From a bacterium (lineage in GTDB: Bacteria; Bacillota; Clostridia; Lachnospirales; Lachnospiraceae), in NCBI GenBank assembly GCA_963618065.1, contig CAVERH010000011.1, positions 1,315 through 65,314 of the forward strand: a DNA stretch of 64,000 nucleotides. The letters run 5' to 3'. The notes under the pieces were generated by a model. It did not search any database and was not told where the DNA came from. It worked only from the letters and a program-made list of their open reading frames with translations. The position numbers and the translations under genes were made by a program. This document shows positions 36,572-46,333 of this stretch, one piece after another (the first letter of the stretch is position 1; every line of letters begins with the position of its first letter).

Positions 36572-39500
36572 GAAGCTTCTTCCTCCTTCTTATGAAGATT
36601 TTTCTGAGCAGTAGAGAGCATCAGCTTAATACGGTTTAGCTGATTTACTTCGCTGGCACCGGGATCGTAGTCGATGGCAACAATGTTGCTGAGCGGATAG
36701 TGCTTACGAAGCTCCTTGATAACACCCTTTCCTACGACATGGTTGGGCAGGCAGGCAAAAGGCTGGGTGCAGACGATGTTGTTGACACCGCTGTGGATCA
36801 GCTCAATCATTTCACCGGTCAAAAACCAGCCTTCACCGGTCTGGTTACCAATGCTTACGATTGTTTTTGCATTTTCTACCGTCTCATAAATGCTGCATGG
36901 AGGCGTGAAGTGGGTACTCTTTTCAAAGGCTCGGCGTGCGCTTCCGCGAAGGAATTCAATACCACGGATACCGAAGCGGGAGATCATCGAGGTCTTCTTA
37001 CTCATCCCCAGATAATCAGCCTTATAAATCTGGTTGTAGAAGCAGTAGAGCATGAAGTCTACCAGATCCGGCACAACAGCTTCGGCTCCTTCGGACTCTA
37101 AGAGATCCACAAGGTAATTGTTGGCAGCCGGTGCATATTTTACCAGAATCTCACCTACGATACCGACACGGGGCTTCACCTCATTGGTAATCGGAATCGC
37201 ATCAAAGTCTTCCACAATCTGCCGGCACATTTTGTTAAAGGCGGCAAAGCTCATATGCTTTCTGGAAACAAATTCGCGGCACTTCTTTATCCATTTCTGA
37301 TGCACTTCTTCTACAGAGCCTTTCGTCTGCTCGTAAGGGCGCATACGGTATACACAGCGCATGAAGATATCACCAAAGATCGCAGCGTAGGCAACGCGCA
37401 TCAGCATTTCGGCATTTAAGTGGAAGCCGGGGTTCGTTTCAATACCGCCAAGATTCAGGGAAATAACCGGGATCTGCGGCATACCGGCTTTCTCTAAGGC
37501 ACGGCGGATAAAGCCGACATAGTTGGTTGCACGACATCCGCCACCTGTTTGTGTCATAATGACAGCAACCTTGTTGAGGTCATATTTACCGGAAAGCAGA
37601 GCATCCATAATCTGACCGACTACCATCAAGGAAGGGTAGCAGGCATCGTTGTTTACATATTTCAATCCGACATCCACGGCACGGCGGTTATCGTTTCCGA
37701 GAATTTCAAAGTTATAGCCGCAGGCGCGGAAGGCAGCCTCAATGACATCAAAGTGGATCGGAGACATCTGCGGGGCAAGAATCGTATAGTCCTTACGCAT
37801 TTCTTCGGTAAAGGGCACCTTCGTAATAGCGCTGGAGCGGATCGTACGCTGTTTGTTCAGCTTTTCTCTGACACGGATGGCAGAGAGCAGGGAACGGATA
37901 CGGATTCTGGCGGCACCAAGGTTATTTACCTCATCAATTTTCAGACAGGTATAAATCTTATCCGAGCCTGTCAGAATATCATTTACCTGATCGGTCGTAA
38001 CCGCATCCAGACCGCATCCAAAGGAATTTAACTGGATCAGATCGAGGTTATCCACGGTCTTTACATAGCTTGCAGCTGCGTAGAGACGGGAGTGGTACAT
38101 CCACTGATCGGAAACAATTAAAGGGCGTTCCGGCTTTGCCAGATGGGAAACGGAATCCTCGGTTAAAACAGCAATATCATAAGAGGTAATCAGCTCCGGA
38201 ATACCATGGTTGATTTCCGGATCAATATGATAAGGTCTTCCGGCTAAAACGATACCACGCTTGCCGGTCTCTTTTAAGTACTGTAAGGTTTCCTCACCCT
38301 TTTTCTGCATGTCGGTACGGGCTGCGCTTAATTCGTTCCATGCCTTTTCACTGGCAGCAATGACTTCTTTGGAAGGAAGCTCTTTAAATTCACGAACCAG
38401 TGCTTCAGTAATGGTTTTCAGGTCACGGAAGGACATGAACGGATTCCGGAGAATGACTTCACCGCGTTCGATTTCTTCCACATTATTCTTGATATTCTCG
38501 GAATAAGAGGTAACAATCGGGCAGTTGTAGTGATTGTTGGCGTCCTCAAATTCATTACGCTCATAAAAGAGAGCAGGATAGAAAATGAAATCAACCTTCT
38601 GGTTAATGAGCCAGCTTACGTGTCCGTGCGCCAGCTTTGCAGGGTAACATTCGGATTCGCTCGGAATGGACTCAATGCCAAGCTCGTAAATCTTACGGTT
38701 GGATACCGGAGAGAGAACCACACGGTAGCCAAGCTCCTTAAAGAAGGTTGCCCAGAACGGATAATTTTCGTACATGTTAAGGACACGTGGAATACCGACG
38801 GTGCCACGTGCAGCTTCTTCAGCAGAAAGCGGTTCATAGCCGAAGACTCTCTTTAATTTATAGTCAAACAGGTTGGGAACATTGTTCTCATTTTTCTGCT
38901 TGCCCAGACCACGTTCGCAACGGTTGCCGGAAATGTACTGACGTCCGCCCGAAAATTTGTTAATCGTCAGACGGCAGTTGTTGGTACAGCCCTTACATTT
39001 GGCCATGCTGGTTTCAAACTGCAGGGACAGAATCTTATCAAAGGGCAGCATGGTCGTTTTGTAATCCGCACTGTAACGTTCCCTTGCAATGAGGGCAGCA
39101 CCGAAAGCACCCATGATTCCGGCAATGTCCGGACGGATGGCTTCGCAGCCGGCAATTTTTTCAAAACTCCGTAAAACGGCATCGTTATAGAAGGTTCCAC
39201 CCTGTACCACGATGTTTTTGCCAAGAGCGGAAGCATCGGATACCTTGATCACCTTAAATAAGGCATTCTTGATGACCGAGTAGGCAAGTCCCGCAGAAAT
39301 ATCCGGGACGCTGGCACCTTCCTTCTGTGCCTGCTTTACTTTGGAATTCATGAATACGGTACAACGGGTACCTAAGTCAATCGGATGCTCGGCAAAGAGT
39401 GCAGCCTTTGCAAAATCATGGACACTGTAATTTAACGATTTGGCAAAGGTTTCAATAAAGGAACCGCATCCGGAGGAGCAGGCTTCATTAAGCTGCACGC

Positions 39501-40815
39501 TGTCTACGGTCTGATTTTTGATCTTGATACATTTCATATCCTGACCGCCGATATCCAGAATACAATCTACGGAAGGATCGAAGAAGGCTGCCGCATAATA
39601 ATGGGCAACGGTCTCGACCTCGCCATCGTCCAGAAGGAAAGCCGCCTTCATAAGCTGCTCGCCGTATCCGGTAGAGCAGGAGCGGACCACATGCACATCG
39701 GGAGGGAGCTGCTCGGAAATTTCCTTCATGGAACGGATGGCCGTCTTTAAGGGACTACCGTCGTTACTGCTGTAGAAGGAATAAAGTAAGGATCCGTCTT
39801 CTCCGACAAGAGCGATCTTCGTGGTCGTACTTCCGGCGTCGATACCCAGATAGCAGTTGCCGTGATACGTAGATAAATCGGCAGTTTTTACGTGGTGGGT
39901 TTCATGGCGCTTACAGAACGCATCGTATTCTTCCTTGCTTGCAAAGAGAGGCTCCATACGTTCTACTTCAAATTCCATTTTGATATCCGAAGAGAGCTTC
40001 TGTACCATTTCTTCCATGGTATAAGAAACTTCTTCCTTGGCATTTAATGCAGAACCGATCGCTGCAAATAAATGGGAATGTTCGGTTTCAATGGTATGCT
40101 CCTCGTCCAGCTTTAAGGTGCGGATAAAGGCAGCCTTTAATTCGGACAGGAAGTGGAGAGGACCGCCTAGAAAGGCAATGTGGCCGCAGATCGGCTTTCC
40201 GCAGGCAAGACCACTGATGGTCTGGTTTACAACCGCCTGAAAAATGGAAGCTGCAAGGTCTTCCTTGGTGGCCCCTTCGTTGATGAGGGGCTGGATGTCG
40301 GACTTGGCAAATACACCACAGCGGGCCGCAATGGTGTAAAGGGATTTGTAGCCCTTGGCATATTCGTTTAATCCGGCTGCATCGGTCTGTAACAGGGAAG
40401 CCATCTGGTCGATAAAGGAGCCTGTACCACCGGCACAGATTCCGTTCATACGCTGTTCCACGTTACCGCCTTCAAAATAAATAATTTTGGCATCCTCACC
40501 ACCTAATTCAATCGCAACGTCCGTTTTCGGTGCAATTTCCTTTAATGCGGTGGCAACCGAAATAACCTCCTGAACAAAGGGAACCTTCAGATGGTTGGCA
40601 AGGGTTAATCCACCGGAGCCGGTGATCATGGGGTGTAGCCTGATATTTCCTAATTGACTGTATGCATCACTAAGAAGGGAATGAAGTGTCTCCCTGATGT
40701 TTGCGAAATGTCTCTTGTAGTCGGAAAAAAGGATGTTGTGTGCACTATCCAGAATGGCAATCTTAACGGTGGTTGAACCGATATCAATGCCGAGTGTATA
40801 TTGCTTGTTTTCCAT
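36568..40815 (-). CDS. Fused acyl-CoA dehydratase activase-related protein (two BcrAD/BadFG ATPase modules plus DUF2229-like and HgdB/BcrB-like domains)
   Basis: Two ASKHA starts are visible ([13 protein letters not shown] and [13 protein letters not shown]). The long C-terminal part resembles dehydratase or double-cubane-cluster proteins. The 1415-aa size is typical of these clostridial fusions. Confidence 0.85.
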   Translation of the reverse strand: MENKQYTLGIDIGSTTVKIAILDSAHNILFSDYKRHFANIRETLHSLLSDAYSQLGNIRLHPMITGSGGLTLANHLKVPFVQEVISVATALKEIAPKTDVAIELGGEDAKIIYFEGGNVEQRMNGICAGGTGSFIDQMASLLQTDAAGLNEYAKGYKSLYTIAARCGVFAKSDIQPLINEGATKEDLAASIFQAVVNQTISGLACGKPICGHIAFLGGPLHFLSELKAAFIRTLKLDEEHTIETEHSHLFAAIGSALNAKEEVSYTMEEMVQKLSSDIKMEFEVERMEPLFASKEEYDAFCKRHETHHVKTADLSTYHGNCYLGIDAGSTTTKIALVGEDGSLLYSFYSSNDGSPLKTAIRSMKEISEQLPPDVHVVRSCSTGYGEQLMKAAFLLDDGEVETVAHYYAAAFFDPSVDCILDIGGQDMKCIKIKNQTVDSVQLNEACSSGCGSFIETFAKSLNYSVHDFAKAALFAEHPIDLGTRCTVFMNSKVKQAQKEGASVPDISAGLAYSVIKNALFKVIKVSDASALGKNIVVQGGTFYNDAVLRSFEKIAGCEAIRPDIAGIMGAFGAALIARERYSADYKTTMLPFDKILSLQFETSMAKCKGCTNNCRLTINKFSGGRQYISGNRCERGLGKQKNENNVPNLFDYKLKRVFGYEPLSAEEAARGTVGIPRVLNMYENYPFWATFFKELGYRVVLSPVSNRKIYELGIESIPSESECYPAKLAHGHVSWLINQKVDFIFYPALFYERNEFEDANNHYNCPIVTSYSENIKNNVEEIERGEVILRNPFMSFRDLKTITEALVREFKELPSKEVIAASEKAWNELSAARTDMQKKGEETLQYLKETGKRGIVLAGRPYHIDPEINHGIPELITSYDIAVLTEDSVSHLAKPERPLIVSDQWMYHSRLYAAASYVKTVDNLDLIQLNSFGCGLDAVTTDQVNDILTGSDKIYTCLKIDEVNNLGAARIRIRSLLSAIRVREKLNKQRTIRSSAITKVPFTEEMRKDYTILAPQMSPIHFDVIEAAFRACGYNFEILGNDNRRAVDVGLKYVNNDACYPSLMVVGQIMDALLSGKYDLNKVAVIMTQTGGGCRATNYVGFIRRALEKAGMPQIPVISLNLGGIETNPGFHLNAEMLMRVAYAAIFGDIFMRCVYRMRPYEQTKGSVEEVHQKWIKKCREFVSRKHMSFAAFNKMCRQIVEDFDAIPITNEVKPRVGIVGEILVKYAPAANNYLVDLLESEGAEAVVPDLVDFMLYCFYNQIYKADYLGMSKKTSMISRFGIRGIEFLRGSARRAFEKSTHFTPPCSIYETVENAKTIVSIGNQTGEGWFLTGEMIELIHSGVNNIVCTQPFACLPNHVVGKGVIKELRKHYPLSNIVAIDYDPGASEVNQLNRIKLMLSTAQKNLHKKEEEAS

Positions 40816-40842
40816 ATTTTACCGCCTTTCGTTTCCTTATTT

Positions 40843-41087
40843 GTAACTATTCAGAGCCATGCAAATTATGGCAACAAGCTTCACTAGACTCACCTTTGGT
40901 TCGCCAAGTGAACTTGTATGGTTCGCACTAAGCTCGAAACCACCTCGCTAAGTGCTCTACTCAAATATGGACATAGAATGCTTGCATTCATATGGACATT
41001 TGACATGATTTATATGGCGAAATAACCACATGAGTAAAACTCGAGCTGTGAAACAGCAGTTTTACGAATGCGGTTCTGAATAGTTAC
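40843..41087 (+). repeat. Structured inverted-terminal repeat element, copy 1 (245 nt)
   Basis: Termini GTAACTATTCAGAGCC / GGTTCTGAATAGTTAC pair over 16 nt. It shares its left about 25 nt, a central GAATGC-TT-GCATTC palindrome and its right about 75 nt with 55058-55201. Confidence 0.65.
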
Positions 41088-41159
41088 TTTAATTAATTTC
41101 AGTGTAGTCACCATGTGATTATACGACACGAATCGTCAAAAAGCAACGGAACATTTACG

Positions 41160-41188
41160 TTTACATTTTGGAGCCGGAATGATAGAAT
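41160..41188 (+). promoter_or_regulatory. Sigma-A type promoter candidate with extended -10
   Basis: TTTACA (41160-41165), a 17-nt spacer ending in TGA, then TAGAAT (41183-41188), about 35 nt upstream of ATG 41223. Confidence 0.45.
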
Positions 41189-41222
41189 AAATGGACTAAT
41201 AGTTTTTGAAAGGTGTAGAAGA

Positions 41223-42119
41223 ATGAGTGATTTTGAAAAGAAATTTGGCAAATATGCAATTAAGAATCTGTCATTGATCCTGATTATGTGTTATGCATGC
41301 GGTTATCTCATGAAATGGATCAATCCGGGTTTTTTTACCTATTTATATTTGAATCCGTATGAAATCATTCACCATTTCCAGATCTGGAGACTGGTGACCT
41401 GGCTGATTGTTCCGCCGGACAGCTTTGATTTCTGGACACTGTTAATGCTTTATTTTTACTATTCGATCGGGACGAGCTTAGAGCGGACATGGGGAACCTA
41501 CCGGTATAATGTCTATATCTTTTCCGGTATTCTTTTTACGGCGGCAGGAGCGTTTATTCTTTATGGGGTAAGTTCCCTGCTCGGGGCACAGAGTCTTGGA
41601 CTGTGGACGACCGTGGATGGTTATATTACGTATCCGACGATGTTCAGCACCTACTATGTCAACATGTCCATCTTTTTAGCTTATGCGGCAACCTTCCCGG
41701 ATTATGAAGTCCTGTTGTTCTTCATCCTGCCGATCAAGGTGAAGTTCCTTGGTATTATTTACGGAGCAATGCTGGTTTACCAGTTCATTGTCGGTTATGG
41801 AACAGGCTCGGCACTGTTTTATTATAACCTCGGTATCCGCTTTGTGATTACCGCATCCCTTCTTAATTTCGTGGTATTTTTCTTTACCAGCCGTAAGAAG
41901 GTACGCAGGGGACCGATTAAGATTATCCGACAGCAGGCTGTGAAGCAGCAGCCACGCCATGAAACGAAGAAGAGCAGCGGAATCACCCGGCATAAATGTG
42001 CGGTCTGCGGAAGAACGGATGAGACGAATCCGGAACTGGAATTCCGTTTCTGCTCGAAGTGTAACGGAAATTATGAATACTGTCAGGAGCATCTGTTTAC
42101 CCATACCCATGTGCAGTAG
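41223..42119 (+). CDS. Polytopic membrane protein (rhomboid-like motif) with a C-terminal Cys/His zinc-finger tail
   Basis: Multiple TM segments and a FQIWRLVTWLIVPP block reminiscent of rhomboid-fold proteins. The cytoplasmic tail reads HKCAVCGRTDETNPELEFRFCSKCNGNYEYCQEHLFTHTH. The start is at internal ATG 41223 with RBS AAAGGTG. Confidence 0.6.
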   Translation: MSDFEKKFGKYAIKNLSLILIMCYACGYLMKWINPGFFTYLYLNPYEIIHHFQIWRLVTWLIVPPDSFDFWTLLMLYFYYSIGTSLERTWGTYRYNVYIFSGILFTAAGAFILYGVSSLLGAQSLGLWTTVDGYITYPTMFSTYYVNMSIFLAYAATFPDYEVLLFFILPIKVKFLGIIYGAMLVYQFIVGYGTGSALFYYNLGIRFVITASLLNFVVFFFTSRKKVRRGPIKIIRQQAVKQQPRHETKKSSGITRHKCAVCGRTDETNPELEFRFCSKCNGNYEYCQEHLFTHTHVQ

Positions 42120-42170
42120 AATGGCTGCGGAACAGTTACGATATTTTAGGCTTGGGAAAGAAGGATCACT

Positions 42171-42812
42171 ATGAATAAAGAAGTACTTTTTGCGCAAAAG
42201 CTCGGAGAGATCCGGGAGCTTGCAAAAGAACAGGGCAATTACGTGACAAAGGAGCAGGTTGCAGAGGCATTTGCAGAGCTGGAATTTCAGGAAGACCAGT
42301 TCCAGATGGTGTATGACTATCTGACCAGACACAAAATCGGAATTGATGAGCCGGTGGATCTGGATGAATACCTGTCAGAGGAAGAGGCCGATTACCTCAA
42401 AATGTATGAAGAAGAGCTGGCTGAGATGGAATCAGTAACCGATGGACAGCGGGAGGCCATTTTATTAAGTGCGATGGCAGGAGAAACGGATGCCCAGAAG
42501 CGCCTTGTTGAGATTTATCTGCCACAGGTCATTGAGATTTCGAAGCTTTATACCGGACAGGGCGTTTATATCGAGGATCTGGTCGGAGAAGGAAATCTGG
42601 CTCTTGCACAGGGCGTTACCATGTTGGGGTGTCTGGAACATGCCAGAGAGGCGGAAGGGATGCTCATGAAGATGGTTATGGATGCCATGGAAGAACTGAT
42701 TCAGGAAGATCTGACTGAGAAGGATATTGTGAAGAAAGCCATTGATCAGGAAAAGAAGAAGCAGAAGAACAAGGCAGTGCAGGAAGAAAAACAGGAGAAT
42801 ACAACGAAATGA
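42171..42812 (+). CDS. Sigma-70-like protein containing only regions 1.1-2.2 (no promoter-binding regions)
   Basis: It aligns by eye to the SigA N-terminal half (YVTKEQVAEAFAELEFQEDQFQMVYDYL is like region 1.1; RLVEIYLPQVIEISKLYTGQGVYIEDLVGEGNLAL is like regions 2.1-2.2). It then diverges into an acidic/Lys-rich tail with no YATWWIRQ and no region 3 or 4. Confidence 0.65.
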   Translation: MNKEVLFAQKLGEIRELAKEQGNYVTKEQVAEAFAELEFQEDQFQMVYDYLTRHKIGIDEPVDLDEYLSEEEADYLKMYEEELAEMESVTDGQREAILLSAMAGETDAQKRLVEIYLPQVIEISKLYTGQGVYIEDLVGEGNLALAQGVTMLGCLEHAREAEGMLMKMVMDAMEELIQEDLTEKDIVKKAIDQEKKKQKNKAVQEEKQENTTK

Positions 42813-43246
42813 AATTTTTTGAAGGAACTTCAGAATATCAGGATTTTAAATATGTACTGCAGGATACCCGGATGGTATCGCTGGGCGTGAAATATACCTA
42901 TGAGGAGCTTCTGCAGGATGAACGGGTGCCGTTTAAGTTTCAGGCGATTGTTTCCCAGTACCTGTTAAAAGAAGCTTCACCGGAGACAACGCTTGAGAGT
43001 GAATTTTATTACATGGAAAAGGGAACCTTTGTATATGAAACCTACCGGCAGCTGAAAGCAAGAGCCAAGGTACGTACCCAGACCGTAAAGAAAACGATGA
43101 CCGGGAAAGAAAAGATTGTTTATAAGGAAGAAATCTGGACGGTGGAGGAGCTGGCTCAGATGAATCTTGCAAAGAAAAAAGCAGCCGGGCTGATGATAGA
43201 AGAGATTGAGTTATCCAAGCTTGGCTTAATGACATTTTCCATCTAA
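42809..43246 (+). CDS. Hypothetical protein, translationally coupled to the sigma-like gene
   Basis: 145-aa ORF whose ATG overlaps the upstream TGA (ATGA). I recognise no family for it. Confidence 0.5.
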   Translation: MKFFEGTSEYQDFKYVLQDTRMVSLGVKYTYEELLQDERVPFKFQAIVSQYLLKEASPETTLESEFYYMEKGTFVYETYRQLKARAKVRTQTVKKTMTGKEKIVYKEEIWTVEELAQMNLAKKKAAGLMIEEIELSKLGLMTFSI

Positions 43247-43339
43247 CAATAAATTTGAACGTAAAGTAAAACAGGGTGACTGAACAGTTACAAAACAGGA
43301 AATGAATGGGATTAGAAAGAAAACGGAGGGAAGGAAACG

Positions 43340-46270
43340 ATGAAAAGCTTAAAAGGACTTAATCAATACGAGGTAATCGAAGAACGCCATATCGGGGATC
43401 TGAATTCAGACGGTTATCTGTTAAAGCATAAGAAGACCGGAGCGTATGTAACGCTGCTTTTAAATGATGATGAGAATAAGGTATTTTATATTGGCTTCCG
43501 TACACCACCCAAGGACAGCACGGGTGTTGCACACATCTTAGAGCATTCGGTACTGTGCGGATCAAAGGAATTTCCGGTGAAGGATCCGTTTATCGAACTG
43601 GCGAAGGGATCCTTAAACACCTTTTTAAATGCAATGACCTATCCGGACAAGACGGTATATCCGGTGGCAAGCTGCAATGACAAGGATTTTAAGAATCTGG
43701 TGCATGTCTATCTGGATGCGGTATTCTATCCGAATATTTATAAGGAAGAGAAGATTTTCCGTCAGGAAGGCTGGCACTATGAGATGGAGGATGTCGATGC
43801 GCCGCTTACCATTAACGGAGTAGTTTATAATGAAATGAAGGGAGCTTTTTCTTCGCCGGACGATGTGGTTTCCCGTGAGGTAATGAACGGATTATATCCG
43901 GATACCACATATGGACTGGAATCCGGTGGAGATCCGGAGGCTATTCCGGAGCTTACCTATGAGGAATTCCTAAAGTTCCACGGCAAGTATTATCATCCAT
44001 CGAACAGCCTGATTTATCTGTACGGAAATCTGGATCCGGAAGAATATCTTACGTTTCTGGACGCTAAGTATCTGTCCTCTTACGAGACGTTGGAGGTGGA
44101 TTCGGCAATTCCGTTACAGAAGCCGTTTGAAGAAAAACGCTGCGTGAAGCGGGAATACTCCGTCATGGAAGATGATACAGCAGAAAACGAAACTTATCTC
44201 ACCTATAATATTGCGTTGGGAAGTAGCCTTGACCGGGAACTGTATATTGCAATGGATGTGCTGGTGCATGTACTCTGTTCCGATCCGGGGTCACCGGTAA
44301 AGCAGGCACTCGTGGATGCGGGAATCGGAGATGAGGTCTACAGCTATTCCGAAACCGGTATTGCACAGCCGTATTTTTCCATTACCGCAAAAAACGCTTC
44401 TTCTACGCAGCAGGAGCAGTTTGTATCCATTATTGAAACAGAGCTTCAGAAAATTGTGAAGCAGGGCATCGACAAGAAAGCGCTTCTCGCAACCTTAAAT
44501 GAATTCGAATTCCGTTATCGTGAAGCGGATTTCGGCTCTTATCCGAGAGGACTGATGCTTGGCCTGCAGGCACTTGACAGCTGGCTTTATGACAAAGAGA
44601 AGCCATTTATTCATATTGAAGCCAATGATACGCTTGCGTTCTTAAAAGAAAAGATTGAGACTTCCTATTATGAAGATCTGGTACAGATGTATTTTATTGA
44701 TAACCAGCATAAAGCAGTGGTTGTTGTAGAACCGGTACCGGGTCTTACCGGAAAGAAGGAAAAGGAGCTCGCCGATCGTCTGGCTGCGATGAAAGATCAG
44801 ATGACAGTGGAAGAGAAGCAGGCGGTTGTGGATACAACAAAAGCACTCCACACTTATCAACAGGAGCCGAGTCCGAAGGAGGATCTTGCGAAGATACCGC
44901 TTCTTAAGAGAGAGGATATGAAGAAGGAGGCTGCGGCTTATGTCAATGAGGTGCGTGGCAGTAAGGAAGCACCTGTTCTGTACCATAACATTTTTACGAA
45001 CGGAATCAGCTATCTGAACCTCGTGTTCGATGCTTCTTATGTACCGGCAAGACTGTTCCCTTATATTGGAATCTTAAAGAGTATTTTTACCTTAATGGTC
45101 GACACGGAGCATTATTCCTACAGTGATCTGTATAATGAAATCCGGATCCATACCGGTGGAACCAAAATGGTATTCAATGTGTATACCAATGCCGAAGATA
45201 TGACGAGATTTAAGCCGACCTTCGAAGCAAGGACGAAGTTTTTGTTTGGAAAGAAGGATAAGGCGGTAGAGCTTTTGGAAGAAATTCTGATCCGTGCAGA
45301 TTTCTCGGATACGAAGCGTCTGTATGAAATCCTTGCGGAGTGCAAATCCGATATGCAGGCTTCCATGCAGAGTGCGGGACACAGTCTGGCAGCAATCCGA
45401 GCCATGTCATATTTCTCAAAGACCGCAGCAATTACCGAACAGGTAAACGGAATCCCACAGTATCGTCTGCTTGAGGAGCTTACGAAGAATTTTGAGGATC
45501 GGAAGGAGGAACTGGTTACAAACCTAAAGGAACTTTGCAAATATCTGTTTCGTCCGGAGAACCTGCTGCTGGATTACACCGCACCGGAAGAAGGCTATGC
45601 GGGAATTGAGGAGGCCGTAGACCATCTCCGTAAGAAGCTTTATACTGATGAGATTGTTAAAGAACCTTATGAGCCGGTTCTTGAAAAGAAGAATGAAGGA
45701 TTTTTAACCGCCGGACAGATCCAGTATGTATGTCGTGCCGGTAACTTTATTAAAGAAGGACTTCCATATACGGGAGCCTTAAAGGTGCTTAAGGTAATGA
45801 TGGGATATGATTATCTCTGGAATCAGGTTCGTGTAGTCGGAGGAGCGTATGGATGTATGTGCAGCTTTTCAAGGAACGGAGATGCATACTTTGTTTCCTA
45901 TCGTGACCCGAACCTTGAAAAAACGATTAAGACCTATGAACAGGCTGCAGATTATATTAAGAACTGTAAGCTGGATGAGCGGGAGGTGACCCAGTTTATC
46001 ATCGGGGCAATCAGTGCTCTGGATACACCGATGACTCCGTCTGTGAAGGGGATCTATTCTCTGGGCGGTTACATGACCGGGTTTTCCATGGAACGATTAC
46101 AGAAGGAGCGTGATGAGCTGCTTGCGGTCACACCGGAAATCATTCAGGGACTTGGCAGACAGGTTTCAGCCTTTATGAAGCAGGATTACATCTGCGTGGT
46201 CGGAAATGGTAATAAGTTAAAGGAAAGCAAAGAGCTATTTATGAATATGGAGCAGCTGTTCCGGTCTTAA
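43340..46270 (+). CDS. M16C family zinc metallopeptidase (PreP/insulinase-like)
   Basis: Inverted zinc motif HILEH (GVAHILEHSVLCGS), a 976-aa four-domain size, and RBS GGAGGG. Confidence 0.9.
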   Translation: MKSLKGLNQYEVIEERHIGDLNSDGYLLKHKKTGAYVTLLLNDDENKVFYIGFRTPPKDSTGVAHILEHSVLCGSKEFPVKDPFIELAKGSLNTFLNAMTYPDKTVYPVASCNDKDFKNLVHVYLDAVFYPNIYKEEKIFRQEGWHYEMEDVDAPLTINGVVYNEMKGAFSSPDDVVSREVMNGLYPDTTYGLESGGDPEAIPELTYEEFLKFHGKYYHPSNSLIYLYGNLDPEEYLTFLDAKYLSSYETLEVDSAIPLQKPFEEKRCVKREYSVMEDDTAENETYLTYNIALGSSLDRELYIAMDVLVHVLCSDPGSPVKQALVDAGIGDEVYSYSETGIAQPYFSITAKNASSTQQEQFVSIIETELQKIVKQGIDKKALLATLNEFEFRYREADFGSYPRGLMLGLQALDSWLYDKEKPFIHIEANDTLAFLKEKIETSYYEDLVQMYFIDNQHKAVVVVEPVPGLTGKKEKELADRLAAMKDQMTVEEKQAVVDTTKALHTYQQEPSPKEDLAKIPLLKREDMKKEAAAYVNEVRGSKEAPVLYHNIFTNGISYLNLVFDASYVPARLFPYIGILKSIFTLMVDTEHYSYSDLYNEIRIHTGGTKMVFNVYTNAEDMTRFKPTFEARTKFLFGKKDKAVELLEEILIRADFSDTKRLYEILAECKSDMQASMQSAGHSLAAIRAMSYFSKTAAITEQVNGIPQYRLLEELTKNFEDRKEELVTNLKELCKYLFRPENLLLDYTAPEEGYAGIEEAVDHLRKKLYTDEIVKEPYEPVLEKKNEGFLTAGQIQYVCRAGNFIKEGLPYTGALKVLKVMMGYDYLWNQVRVVGGAYGCMCSFSRNGDAYFVSYRDPNLEKTIKTYEQAADYIKNCKLDEREVTQFIIGAISALDTPMTPSVKGIYSLGGYMTGFSMERLQKERDELLAVTPEIIQGLGRQVSAFMKQDYICVVGNGNKLKESKELFMNMEQLFRS

Positions 46271-46333
46271 GGAACAGCTTCGTGCATAGGATAAGAGAGA
46301 TGTTCTTGTCAGAAACGAGGGAGGATGAGAAGG

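Noticed and set aside
41676-42332. 218-aa - strand ORF spanning the membrane-protein and sigma-like genes
   Set aside because: It is antisense to two coding regions and their spacer, with no family resemblance and no RBS.
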